Shown here: in pieces, positions 38,624 to 52,040 of the stretch
Layout: each line of letters starts with the position of its first letter
How positions within the stretch are numbered: position 1 is the stretch's first letter
Source: Octopus sinensis
Lineage: Eukaryota
NCBI RefSeq assembly: GCF_006345805.1
Contig: NC_043013.1
Coordinates: 26,660,001 to 26,724,000, forward strand
Direction: 5' to 3'
DNA: 64,000 nt
Made by a program: the position numbers and the translations under genes
The notes under the pieces: model-generated
What the model saw: the letters and a program-made list of their open reading frames with translations, nothing else
The model's database searches: none
What the model was told of the DNA's origin: nothing

Positions 38624-39180
38624 CATTATTATTGAGTGAGAGAGCAGTGCATACCAGCAAAGTGACACTGGGGTAAAATATATGAAGCACAATATACCTA
38701 TCATGATTACCTGTCTGATAAGGGTACACGAGGCACATGCATCACAACCATATGTGCGTGACATGGTGATCTCATATCATAACAGTGCATGACCTTGCAG
38801 ATGGGGCCCAGTTAGAATTTTCTTCTGGTCGAGTAGCCCATCCCACCCAAAAGGTCCCTGAATGAGGATTGTTTAAGGCTGTTGAACGAACCACCCATGT
38901 TCCCAAAGGTGAATTAGCCAAACCTCCAAGAATTCCTTTCAACACATGGCTATGATGCTCCCCAACTACTTCTGCTCAAGATCAGAGGTGCACATATCAT
39001 CAGCCACAAAGGGACATGCTCAACTGGTTATGGTCCAACAACTGACAAGCAATCTGTGGTGTTGAGCAGAATATTTGCTGTAGCCCATCTTTTATACCAA
39101 GACAAAACGATGTACATGATAACACTTCCAATTAGTTAAGATCAGAAGCCACGAGAGCCACTGCCTGGTATTGCATCAGA
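38622..39180. mobile_element. About 560-bp non-coding sequence embedded in a (TAT)n tract (probable non-autonomous retroelement)
   Basis: Moderate-GC unique-looking block bounded on both sides by (TAT)n; no ORF. Confidence 0.5.
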
Positions 39181-39204
39181 TTATTATTATTATTATTATT
39201 ATTA

Positions 39205-39242
<38 letters not shown>

Positions 39243-39262
39243 TATTATTATTATTATTATTA

Positions 39263-39725
39263 TAAGGTAGTGAGCTGGCAGAATTATTAGCACACCTGAC
39301 AAAGTGCTTAGTGGCATTTCACACATCTTTACATTCTGAATTCAAATTCCACTGAGGTCAATTTTGCCCTTCACCCATTTTGGGGGTCAATGAAATGAGT
39401 ATCATTTAAGTACTGGGGTCATTGCAATTGACTTACACTTCCTTTCAAAATAACAAACCCCAACCCCCAAAAAAACTACTTGCCCTCAGCCAAAATTTGA
39501 AACCATTAAAGGCAGTGAGCTAGCAGAACCTTTAACATGCCAGACAAAATGCTCATCAGCATTTCTTCCATCTACACATTCTGAGTTCAGATTCCACTGA
39601 GGTTGGCTTTGCCTTTCATACTTTCAAGGTTGATAAAATTAGCATTAGTTGAACACTAGGGTTGGTGTAATCAACTTACCCCTCCTCTAAAATATCAGAC
39701 CTTGTGCCTATATTTGGGATGATTA
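39263..39725 (+). mobile_element. Two tandem family B SINEs
   Basis: Heads at about 39265 and 39508. Confidence 0.8.
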
Positions 39726-39734
39726 TTATTGTTA

Positions 39735-39935
39735 TTTACTCTTTTACTTGTTTCAGTCATATGCTGGAGCACCGCCTTTAGTCGAACGAATTGACCTCAG
39801 GACTTATTCTTTGTAAGCCTAGTACTTATTCGATCGGTCTCTTTTGCCGAACCACTAAGTTATGGGGACGTAAAAACACCAGCATCGGTTGTCAAGTGAT
39901 GTTGGGGGGACAAATACAAACATATACACACTACA

Positions 39936-39975
<40 letters not shown>

Positions 39976-40135
39976 ACGATGGGCTTCTTTTAGTTTCCGT
40001 CTACCAAATCCACTCACAAGGCTTTGGTCGGCCTGAGGCTATAGTAGAAGACACTTGCCCAAGGTTCCATGCAGTGGGACTGAACCTGGAACCATGTGGT
40101 TCATAAGCAAGCTACTTACCACATAGCTACTCCTG
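39735..40135 (-). mobile_element. Family C SINE (39735-39930) and family A SINE (39975-40135)
   Basis: Matches the other copies of these families in the window. Confidence 0.8.
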
Positions 40136-42819
40136 TGCCTATTTGATTAAAATTCTCTGCTTATTTTTGCTGGGTATGATGGAGAGTGTCAGTTGTCCAC
40201 TCTGCCACCAGACTAAGGTGACACTTATTTATTGATCATGCTTGAAGAACCTTGTAGAGAACTCTGAGTTCCAGCTAATGATAATTTTTTATGTTCTATC
40301 TTTACATTTGTACTTGTCTTTTCTGAGCCATGTTGGTAGTTGAGTGCTGATACTTCTAAGCCAACTACTACTGACATCATGTTCGCTCTCTTTATTGCCC
40401 AATCCAGCATATTTCCCACTCCAAATCGTCATAGATATTCATTTTTTCTTCTACTTTCTCTTTGCTCCTGCTGTCACCAGGACATGCTACGCTGATTATT
40501 ATGCAAATTTTTTTTTTGTTTTTGTTCACCACAACAATGTCAAATTTCCGATGTCTGATCTGATGGTCTCTCCCTATGTAAGCAATGCCAATTACATATT
40601 CGTTTACAATGCAAAGTACATGACTAAAATGTTAGTCTTTTGAAGCACTTCTCTGACATGTTCAACCTCACATATTCTGTAAGCTATCACAGAGAATTTT
40701 TATATGCAATGTGGTTTACAGAGTGCTACATATATATATATTTTTCTTTCTTTCTAGTTTCAGCTCAGAGCTGTTTGTGTGTGTGTATAAAATCACAAAT
40801 GACAGAGAAATAGTTTGATGAAATTTTATTTAACAAAAAAAAATTCTAACATCACTACAAATTGTTTTGTAACTTAAAAACTAAGACTTTCTTTCACCTG
40901 AAGACATAGTTTCAATTCTGCATTATTTTGAAGGATTTTTTGCATTTTGTTATTTTTCAATAAAATAACATTTACCCTTCTTGGAGAGGCCACCTGGGTT
41001 TGCCATTTCTAAAAGCCAAGAATTACTTTCTATTGAAAGAACTGACCAGGTGCAAAGATGTCAACGCATTTTTTCTTCTTTCTTTCCTTCTCTTTTCCAT
41101 TGACACTCCTTTCAGATACACAGACACCCACACACACACGTGCGCACGCACACTCTCTCTCACTTTCTCCCCATTCCTCACCCTCTTGTACTATCTTATA
41201 TCTCTCTCCACCCCTACACACTCAGTAATACTATAAAAAGAGACAAATTTCCTAAAAAAGTTCAATCTGAAGACTCCACTAGAGTGGATGCAAGTGCTAA
41301 TATATGATTTATAAAAACATGTGACATATTAATAAATATCTGTAAATATAAAACCATCCAGATTTCTGAGTACCTTATTTCTTCTAATATATATATATAT
41401 ATATACATACTAGCTTAAAAGCTGCCCTATCAGGCAACTTTTAATCTAGCTTCTGTAGAGGGCTCTTCATTGGGCCTTGGCCCTAACAATGATACTTCAT
41501 GCATTGAGTACATATCAAATTTTATTAAACTTGAACAATGTTTTTCCAGCAATGGACAATTTTCATCAAACAATGATATGATTTGTCAACTTGGAACTTA
41601 TTGCAAAGCTGCATGATAAACAACAGTACCCATCGCCACTACATCCGCCATATACACACATATTTAGCCTTCTTGTGATGGTAATGAGGTGATAGTAATA
41701 ATATGAGCTGTAGTTGTGATAGAGACGGATGCAGCAGTGATGATCGTGGTAGTGGTTGTGGTGGTAGCTGAGGCAGTCAGGGATGATGGTGAGAGTAAGC
41801 GATGTGAAAGACAGTGGTGATGGTAGTGGAGGGGAAGCGGACAGCGGTAATGTTGGAGGCAGTGAAGTCTAAGGTATTGATGGTTGTGGCATCAGAAGTC
41901 TGAATGGTGTGTGTATGGCAATGATGGTAGTACTAAGAAAATGAATCCAGTGTTCAGTCCCTCTTTCTTTCACATACCCACTCTTTCTCTTTCTCTCTTA
42001 TTATTACTCCCACTGCCACCATCAACACTACTACTTTTAATAAAACATCATCAACAATAGAAGTGTCATTGACTAGTGAGAGAGTGGGGTCAAAATGTGA
42101 CACACTGACACACAGAAATTAGTTTTGAATGAATGTATATAAATGTATATGTATATATAAAAAATGGACTTCTTTAAGTTTCTATTTTCCAAATCCCTTC
42201 ACAAGGTACAGTGTGACTGAACCTGAAGCTATGTTGTTGGGAGGCAAACTTCTTAACCATGCAGCCATACATGCACTTGTATACAGCCATGTCTGTACCT
42301 ATTACATCTATATTACAACCATACTTGCACTTATAATCAGCAATGCTTGTGCATACACACACACATGTATATATGTATATGCATATATATGTATATAGGT
42401 ATGTATGTAGATATAAGTATGTCTATGTATATATTGTTCAGTTTTATTTCAAGATTTCTTGCCAATAGAGAAAGCGTTGGTTTCTAACCTAGATCTAAGG
42501 CTCCTTCATTGGAATTTCAACATCAATAACATGGTATTTTTGTTTGTTTGTATGTATGTATGTATATATGTATGCATGTATGTATGTATGTATGTATGTA
42601 TGTATGTATGTATGTATGTATGTATGTATGTATGTGTAGATTTGTATGTTTTATGTATGTATGTATGTGCAGATTTGTATGTTTTATGTATGTATTCTCA
42701 TGCATATAGTTGCATATCTAAACATGCTCATATATATTTAAACGATAAACTTTTGGAAAGTTTTACAGATTTTAACAATTCCAGTGATGGATTGGATCTG
42801 TAGTCTTTGAATTTACTTC

Positions 42820-43970
42820 CTCCTTTCTGGTTTTGAGAAGTCTAGTTTCTCAAGATTGGTATTTAGGCAGTGTGTTACATGTCCCAGGGCCCCAATAATT
42901 ACAAGTATAAACCTGAACTTGTAATCTGGATAGAATAACTGCAGATTTCTCAATAGTTCAGCATAGGTGTTCTCTTTTTCACTGATCTCTTTATTTTAAC
43001 ATCCACTGAGCAGCTAATTTCCACAACTGTTTCTCTTCTCCATCCCAAATCATTATATCAGGTCTGTCGTGCTTACATTTTATTGAGGTCTTCACTGGGA
43101 CATTCCACCAGTATTCCTTTTTATTATGAGTGGCTATGGCTTCTACCATATTGTGGGTTCTTATTTCTTTGTCCTTGGGATCATCCTTCTGGTGGATTTT
43201 ATTATAGAGTGTCCTAGCTTCATGTCTCATCAGTAGATAATACTGTGATGACATTTTTGGACAACTGCTTATGATGTGGGTGATATCTTCAGTGTGAATT
43301 CAACAAAGTCTGCATCAGTTGTCACATTTTACAGCTTTTCCTGCATCTCTATCTTGGATTGCAAATGCATACCCTTCAAAGTGGGAGGTAGTAATCCAGC
43401 TATTGATCCATGATAAACTGCTTTGATGATCGATGTTACTATCATCATGGAGCTTTCTACTAACATATCCATGCATAGTCTTCTGCTCATATAGGCTTAT
43501 CCTTTCATCTGATGATATGTTGTGGTAGAGTTGTGCGACTTCTTTGGGCATGTATTCTCGGTTATCAGGCAAAGAGTGTTGCTCAAAGAGCTGCCTTCCA
43601 AGTCTTATGATGTTATCAGCCTCATGTATGCAAACTTGGTCAAGGGATGCACTTCGACACTTGGTGGTTAAAAGATGTTGCCGAAGGGATATGATGCGAT
43701 ATTCAAAGGCATTTTGTATCAATGTTAAGCCTCTGCCGCTGTGTTTACGTTTTAGGTAGAGGTGGTCTATGTCACTGTTTATGTGGAAATTATGTGCGCT
43801 CGTTAGTATTTTGGGGGTTTTCACATCAATGGCTTGGATCTCATCAAGCATCCAATCAAGCAGCCCAAATATTGGTATGAGTCCTGGCACTGCAAACACA
43901 TTGTGGGTCACTGTTTTATTGAATGCAGAGAGTTCTGAGGCCCAAATTTTCTTTATTCAGCTGTAATATT
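42820..43970 (-). pseudogene. R4/Dong-clade LINE remnant: RT C-terminus, CCHC knuckle and RLE endonuclease
   Basis: DIDHLYLKRKHSGRGL; KTMHGY..ID..S.SW..EGYAFAIQD; CRLC..EDITHIISSC..RH; KHDRPDIMIWD (PD-(D/E)xK). Confidence 0.9.
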
Positions 43971-44389
43971 CTTTAGTGACACATATTTTGTTACCAGTGC
44001 CATTGTAAAATATATTTTCATCCACCCCTGTATCATTGCTCTCTGCTAGCTTTCCAACCTGTGTTCCACCCACAACCTATCTCAATGTATTATTGCATAT
44101 GCCTGGCACTTTGCCACCATCGTTATCCTGCTGTCTCCCATTCTCTCTCTCTCTCTCTTGCACTTACCTCAAGTTGGGTAAACATGTATTTCCTTTTTGG
44201 CAGCACACCTGTTTCTGCTTCCATTCCTGATCTCTCTCTCTCTATCCAGCTGGGTAACCTTGTTCCTCCTCTACAGCAAGACACCTGTTTCTGTCTCTCT
44301 GCCTCACTATAACCTTTCATCATCTGACACAAGATCACCTCCTCCAATGCCCCTTCCCCTCTCAAAAGAGTTTTGTTTTGTCTTGGAAA

Positions 44390-44708
44390 TACATGGTGAC
44401 CATGTCAGTGCAGGTGCCACTTAAAAGAACCTAGTTCACACTGTAAAGTGGTTGGTATTTGGAAGGGCATCCAGCTGTAAAAACCTTACCAAAACTAACA
44501 TTATCTGTGCTAGTGCCATGTAAAAAGTACTGAGTCTACTGTGTGCAGTGATTGGTGTTAGAAAGGGCATCCAGCTGTAAAAATCCTTCCTAAAACAGTC
44601 ACAGAAGTCTGGTGCAGGCTTCTGCCTGGCCAGCTCTTGTCAAGATGGTACCATCACCCCATGCCAGCATCGAAGGCAGACGTTAAATGATTACGACAAT
44701 GATGATGA

Positions 44709-44710
<2 letters not shown>
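44390..44710 (+). mobile_element. RTE-type 3' tail fragment with a duplicated segment
   Basis: gggcatccagctgtaaaa occurs twice; ends cagacgttaaatgattacgacaatgatgatgat. Confidence 0.75.
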
Positions 44711-44748
<38 letters not shown>

Positions 44749-46081
44749 TAGTTTATATATATATATAAGTTAAAAAATATATATACATGCTGAGAGAGAG
44801 AGAGAGCGAGAGTGAGATGTATGTTATATGTATTGTGGTGTGTGGGTGTGCGCTTGTAAGTATGCATGTCTATTAACTGTTTCCATGTTTTAATGGATAA
44901 GCCTCTCCCTTTTTTCTACATTCCACCCAACAGCCTTGACTGACCCCTCCTGTATGACCTCGACTTCAAAAGCAAGTTGCTCATTGCATCACTTAGTATG
45001 AAGTATGTCATTGCAATGGCGAAATTTGCCACAATCAAGATAGGAACCATATTTTACATGTTCTTCATGTGGCACATTTACTACATCAAAGACCAGATGT
45101 CTCCCTCTCTCATGATGGTCACACATGCAAGGAGTTGTAGATCCATTAATGTTACATAATTTTGTGCACCACAGCAAAAAACATTCACAAATAAGAAATG
45201 GAATAATAAAATGATATAACTTGCTATCATTGTCACGTTTAACCAACACGTCTATTTGTATGGGAAAAACTTAGTAAAATGCGTCTATAAAGGGGCAAAG
45301 TCTCTATAAATATCTTTACAAATCCAGATCTATATCAAAATTTATTTGGCGCTCATTCTCTAGTTCTCTGTCTCTCTGGCTCAGTGTGTCTGTCTGACTT
45401 TTTGTCTGTGTGTGTGTGTATGTGAGAGAGAGAGAGAGAATGTTATATATGTAAACATGTATATGTGTGTATGTATGTATATATAAGTGTGTGTATATAC
45501 ATATGTATGTATGCATGTATGTATGTATGTATGTATGTGTGTATGTATGTATGTGTGTATGTATGTATGTATGTATGTATGTGTGTATGTATGTATGTAT
45601 GTATGTATACCCACACACATCATCAGTTGCCATTTTATGCATTTTCTATGTTTACTGTATTCATACACATGCACACATTATATATTATATAATATATATA
45701 TATATATTATATATATATATTCTATATATATATATATATATATATAATATATCATGCTAGCATGGATAGCGGATGCTAAACGATGATGATGATGATGATG
45801 ATGAAAGAGAGAGAGAGAAGAGAGAGAGAAAGAGAGAGAGAGAAAGAAAGAGAGAGATGGGGAAAAAAGAGAGGGAGAGAGAGAAGCTGAGAGAGAAATA
45901 CACACATGCACATAGAAATAGTTTTTCCATATCTACATACAGATATACATATAGCATGTTCATATAAAGATGCATATGTGTGTATAGATAGATACATACA
46001 TACGTTCACACATACATATATTCATAATGCACATAAGCACATATATAAATATATGTATTTGTGTCTTTTTGAATGCCCACA

Positions 46082-46134
<53 letters not shown>

Positions 46135-46253
46135 AAGTATATATATATATATTTATATGTAAGCATATATATATGTATGTGTGTATTTTTGTGTAGATCT
46201 ATACATGCAAAACATTTACACATACACATGCATATACATACACATGCATGTAC

Positions 46254-46327
<74 letters not shown>

Positions 46328-47469
46328 TATAGCTTATGTATGTGTGTGTGTGTGTATGCATGTGTGTTTGTGTATGTGTATGCATGTGTTCATGTGTGTA
46401 TGTGCGTGCATATGAGTACGCAGCATAATATACAATATACATGTAACTTTTTCATCTCACCTGGCTGCTATTTATGTCCTCCTATAATTCTATTTTGTCC
46501 TGATTTTTTGTTTTCCTTTCTTTCTGTGTCACCTTTCAGTAAATCCTTTTATTTCCACACTTTGATATCCATCAACTACATCAATTACAACAACTGAAAT
46601 ATCTTATTTTATTGAACTTTTCTGCCTATAATGTCATGATTTCTCGCTATAATTTTATGTCCTCCTTACTTTGCATGCGGCCACATTAAAAGGACAAACT
46701 CTAGTTGAGATGGCAGCAGGGAAACGAGGGTTGGACACACATATAGCTTTTTTAAATTTATATATTTATATTATTTGTGTGTGTTTTTATGTAAGTATTT
46801 GGTTATTTGTTTGTTTGATTGTTTCTTTGTTTATTTATTCTATTTCTTTTTTTTTCTTTATCAGTACCTATTTTGTGTGGGGCCTTGTTTTTCGTTTTAC
46901 GTTGTTTTAATGTTGACATAAGCAGGCAGTCCCTGATCTTGTTGAAATAAATATATAAATAAATAAAGAATAGAGATAACAAATCATAATTGAAACTACC
47001 ACCACCACCACCACCATCACCATCATCAACATCACATCCTGCATCTTCTGTCGGTCAAGGTGATGATGAGTATAGCAGATGCAATACTGATGCTGAGCTA
47101 ATGAGAAAAGCCTCAATGTTATGCCTCGGCCCACTAGACATAGTAGTTATGCCTCTCTAAAATAATACATTATTGCCTTTTAAAAATGAAGGGAACATCG
47201 GATAGTTCAGTCTTGCTTAGACTATGCCTGAAAAGAACAGCTGGAATGACTATGGCTGGAGAGCCTTTGACAGCAAGTCTGCCTTAATAGACATGTTAGA
47301 TAATGTAGTCCTAGATATACAGTGACTGAAAAAGTGAAGTGGTTATGGCTGGAACACTTTTGTTTTTAAGGCTTGCTTGATCAGAACTGACCTGAAGTTA
47401 ACGTGTTAGTCATGTTAGTTAGAAAGCATTACAAAAAGCATAAAGGTTTCCTAAGAAGGAATATATATA

Positions 47470-48002
47470 TATATATATCGTGTCGTGACATGCCAAAAGT
47501 ACCTTTTGAGCATTGGGCCTCACAGAGGCAAAGTGGCTGAGTTCTTTTTGAGTATTCGGCCTCACAGAAGCAATAACCGACCTCTTTGGCATTATGTTGT
47601 GCTTGAGAAGAAGACTCATCAAGCTGACCAAAATTGTAGTCATGGCAGATATTGGTGTCACACAAATGGCACCTGTGTTGGTGGGATGTAAAAGTACCCA
47701 CTACATCTGAGAGTGGTTGGCATTAGAAAGCGCATCCAGCTGTAGACACCATGCCAAATTATACTGGAGTCTGGTGCAGCCTTCCAGCTTACCAGCCTTG
47801 GTCAAAACTGTCTAACCTATGCTAGCATGGACAACAGATGTTAAATGATGATGATGACAATGATGTTATATATACATAACCACATGGTTCTGGGTTTGGT
47901 CCCACTGTGTGGCACCTTGGCCAAGTGTCTTCTGCTATAGCCTCGGGCTGACCAAAGCCTTGTGAGTGGATTTGGTAGACAGAAACTGAAAGAAGCCCAT
48001 CG
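47470..48002 (+). mobile_element. RTE-tailed element (47470-47860) followed by a family A SINE (47875-48002)
   Basis: gtggttggcattagaaagcgcatccagctgtag...ttaaatgatgatg; then ccacatggttctgggtttggtcccactgtgtggcacc...gaaagaagcccatcg. Confidence 0.8.
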
Positions 48003-48534
48003 TATATATATATATATATATATAATAACAAATTAAGAAATAAAACATATGCATATCTACATACATATATGTATGTACCTACATCTACATGTATATATAC
48101 ATGCACACCAAAAAAACGTCGAACACAATGAGAAACGAAAACAAACACAAAGCCAAGGAAATGGACATTTTTCGTAAACAACAGAAAAATAGAGTACAGG
48201 ACATACAACAGAAGGAAAATTCCCCTTCTTCAGTTGCCTCTGTTTTATCTACCCACGTTTCGAAGGTCAAGGCGAGACACGACTTCGGTGAAACATTCCT
48301 TCCTGCAAAAAGCAAATTAAATAAAATTTGAGATTTTTTTGCGGAGGGGTAAAAATGGTAACAAAAACAGGACAGTAAAGACAGTACAAATTATAAACAG
48401 TAAAAGACAGAGCAGGGAGAATAACAGTAACACAAACAACGACGGCTGTTAAGCCAAACGAGAGAAAATATTATGAATGCTTGTTGAGAACGGCAGAGAG
48501 ACAGAGAAATGCCATCTTTGAAGAAACCAAGCTT

Positions 48535-48900
48535 TGAAGAAAAAGCACCTGCTTTAGTGAATCAAAAAGGAGTGATGTTTCATCAGGACAATGTGCAACC
48601 CCACACTGCAAAGATCACATCACAGAAGATCGAAGAGCTTGGTTGGGGAAAAATTCCTCATCCACCTTATTCTTGACCTTGCTCCTTCAGACTACCATTT
48701 TTTTTGTAGTTTACAGAATCATTTGGGGAACATAACTTTCGCAAGCCAGGAGGAGGTCAAAACTGACATTTCAGAGTTCTTCGCTTTGAAACCAAAAGAG
48801 ATTTTCATTGATGGGATTAAAAAGCTTGTAAATAGAAGGAGGGAAGTCATAGATAATCAGGGAAAGTACATTGATGATTAAATTTCAATTAAATATAACA
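48535..48900 (+). pseudogene. Mariner transposase 3' fragment
   Basis: KGVMFHQDNVQPHTAK..GWGKIPHPPYS.DLAPSDYHFF..GIKKLVNR..VIDNQGKYIDD*. Confidence 0.9.
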
Positions 48901-49393
48901 TTTGATCACAAGTGCCTTCGGAGTGAATTTAGGAGATGTAAATTGTTAGGAAAGCTGACATTCTTGCATGCATGCATGCATGCATACATACATACATACA
49001 TACATACATACATACATACATACATACATACATACATACATACGTCTACTGCCACATAAGTGTAATCCATGAACGATGAGCAAGCAATTTGTACATTAAT
49101 ACTGTTCTGAGCTACATTCCTACATTAAAACAAACTATTTTTATAACAATGGCCAGAATAGATCTAATTCCTGACACAACTCCATATATCTATGCACTTT
49201 TGAAAACTGGTCAAGTATATTCATATATTTTAAAGTATAATTAAATCCTAATTAATTCTAATATATTCTCTGTGCCTTTTCAACTTGAATTTTTTCTATT
49301 CCTCCACTTGTTTGGATTAATAACAGTTTTTCTATATATGTGCTAGCATGAAAAAATGGACGTTAAATGAGGATGATGATGATGATGATGATA

Positions 49394-49479
<86 letters not shown>

Positions 49480-49519
49480 TAGATAGATAGATATACATAC
49501 ATATATATATATATATATA

Positions 49520-49847
49520 AAGGGTAAAGACCCTCTTCGGTCATGAATGACCATGGGATTGCACCTAGAAAGTTACCCTCCTAGACACAAGTCCGGACAA
49601 GGTTGTTTTTATGGAAGACCAGCAGTCGCCCATGCATACCAGCCTCCCCTCTCCACACCACCAGTGTTATCCAAGGGAAAGACAAAGGTCGATACAGCTT
49701 GGCACCAGTGACGTCGCAACTCATTTCTACAGCTGAGTGAATTGGAGCAACGTGAAATAAAGTGCCTTGCTCAAGAACACAACACGCAGCCCGGTCCGGG
49801 ATTCGAGCTCACAACCTCACGATTGTAAGCTGATGCTCTAACCACTG

Positions 49848-49848
<1 letters not shown>
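49520..49848 (-). mobile_element. tRNA-derived SINE with CORE-like domain (family D)
   Basis: Minus strand ctcagtggttagagcatcagcttacaatcgtgaggttgtgagctcgaatccc head, then gtgttcttgagcaaggcactttatttcac. Confidence 0.8.
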
Positions 49849-50115
<267 letters not shown>

Positions 50116-50129
50116 TAGACATAGATATA

Positions 50130-51404
50130 CAGGGGCTGGACAAATAATGAAAAAATAATGGCAGCACCTAGCATCATAGCATCATAATTTTTAAATATCT
50201 ATAAAACCATCAAAAGCTTGTTTATTTTTTATGTCTTTTTATTTATTATTAGTGTTGCTTAATATGTTTTGCTAAAATTGCTGTTTTTTTTTTCAGATAT
50301 CATCAGAAAAAAGTAATTAACATTCATAGAAATGACAGAGCTATCAGACTTTCAAAGAGGTCAAATTGTTGGTGTTCGTATGGCAGGTGCTAGTGTAATG
50401 AAAACAGCTGAAATGTTTTGTGTATCAAGAAGTACTGTCTCGAAAGTAATGACATCCTTTGAGAAAGATGGAAAACTCTCCTTGTCAAAACAAAACTCTG
50501 GAAGAAAACCAAAACTTTCAGATAGGGACCATCGGTCTCATACGCGAATTGTTAGAAAGGATCACAAAAGTACATCTCCCAAAATTACTGCAGAGTTTAA
50601 TGACCACCTCGAGAAGCCAGTTTCCACAAAAACTGTTTGCTAGGAGCTGCACAAAACTGTATTTCACTGGAGGACTGCAATCAGAAAACCACTACTTTCA
50701 AAAACAAACGTAAAGCATTTAGAGTGGGGTAAAAACCTACAGAATTGGTCCCTAGAGCAGTGGAAGAATATTTTCTCAGACAAGTCATCCATTACCTTAT
50801 TTCCAACCACCGGCTAAGTATATGTGTGGAGACAGCCAAAAGAAGCATTTGATCCAGACTGCCTTCTTCCAACTGTTAAACATGAAGGAGGATCTGTGGT
50901 GGTAGGGGCTATATCTTGGAAATCTGCCAGCCCAAAGGTTTTTCTTCTTGGTAGAATTAATAGTCAAGATTATTTAAGCATTTTATCTGATCAAATTCAT
51001 CCTATGATTGAGGAGCTGTTTCCGGAGGAAAACACAATCTTTCAGGATGATAATGCACCAATTCACACAGCTAAAGTTGTTACTGAATGGCACGAGGAAC
51101 ATTCTAGTGAAGCTGAACATCTTATCTGGTTACCACAGTTCCCAGATCGCAATATTATTGAACATTTATGGTGCATTTTAGAAAAACAAGTAAGGCATCA
51201 ATATCCTCCACCATCATCACTACAAGAACTGGAGACTGTTTTAGCTGAAGAATGGATGAAAATTCCTTTGGAAGCAATTCAAACTTTGTACGAGCCCATA
51301 CTTCATAGAAGTCAAGCTGTAATTACTGCCAAAGGTGGTCCTACCTCATATTAAAATAAATTTGTTTGAAATTTTAAGGGTTTCCATTATTTTGTCCAAC
51401 CCTG
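50130..51404 (+). mobile_element. Near full-length Tc1-superfamily transposon with DD36E spacing (Incomer-like)
   Basis: TA|caggggctggacaaataatgaaaa and tttccattattttgtccaaccctg are TIRs of about 24 bp; length 1275 bp; contains the transposase at 50332-51354. Confidence 0.9.
50332..51354 (+). pseudogene. Tc1-type transposase, disrupted by stops and frameshifts
   Basis: MTELSDFQRGQIVG (paired-like HTH), GRKPK, TVKHEGGSV, FQDDNAPIH..(36 aa)..NIIEHLW, KGGPTSY*. Confidence 0.9.
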
Positions 51405-51818
51405 AAGGAGAAGCACACTCTAAGATGTAGAGCAGTTAATATTATAATGGGGGAGGCCAGTTTATGGGGTTACCCTGGGTTTCTCACTCATAAGGGTTTT
51501 GGCCTTATGGCATATCTTCAGACCCCAAACACTGTTGGCCAAAGACCTCTTCAAAATATGGAGGGTGAAAATACTTCACTATTGAAGTTAAACACTAGGC
51601 CGTTGGCCAAAAAATTGCATACATCAGCACTGTCAGAGGCCAAAAAAGGAAATAATCACCTAGTGTTTATTTTCATTGGGAGGCATTTCCCCCCTCCATA
51701 TTTTGAAGAGGTCTTAGGTCAGCAGTGTTTGGGGTCTGAAGATATGTCATAAGGCAAAACCCCTTATGAGCAAGAAACCCAGAGTAACCCCATAAACCAG
51801 CTTCCCCATTAAAATATT
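51405..51818 (+). mobile_element. Non-autonomous hairpin element: 33-bp unpaired leader plus ~380-bp long inverted repeat
   Basis: aatattataatgggggaggccagtttatggggttaccctgggtttc...gaaacccagagtaaccccataaaccagcttccccattaaaatatt; leader shared with the copy at 33715. Confidence 0.7.
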
Positions 51819-51859
51819 ATATATATGTATATATGAGTGTGTGTGTCATGTCTCCCCAC

Positions 51860-52040
51860 ATGATTTGATAACCAGGGTTGGTTTGTTTACATTCCCATAA
51901 TTTAGTTCAGCAAAACACACTGATAGAAAAAGTACCAGACTTAAAAAATGAATAGTGGGGTCAATTTGTTCAGTTTAAATCCTTCAGGACAATATTCCAG
52001 CATGGCCACAGTTCAATGACTAATACAAGCAAAAGATAAA
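51860..52040 (+). mobile_element. Family C SINE, diverged
   Basis: atagaaaaagtaccagactt...ggggtcaatttgttc...ccagcatggccacagttcaatgactaatacaagcaaaagataaaa. Confidence 0.65.

Noticed and set aside
40976-41008. 33-nt minus-strand AG...GT segment (MANPGGLSKK)
   Set aside because: Weak pyrimidine tract; such segments are expected by chance in 64 kb.
44977-45249. Complex-looking ORFs on both strands (86 aa on minus, 60 aa on plus)
   Set aside because: No recognisable motif and no convincing splice-site pair; cannot be supported as coding.
46870-47170. Possible exons near the (CAC)n tract (IRDCLLMSTLKQRK... on minus; PPPSPSSTSHPASSVGQGDDEY... on plus)
   Set aside because: Conflicting strands, no homology cue and partly microsatellite-derived.
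48200-48300. Possible type II hammerhead on the minus strand (GAAAcgtgggTA...CTGAAGA)
   Set aside because: Stem I cannot be formed and stem II overlaps the core; kept only as an unclassified repeat (about 48070-48430).
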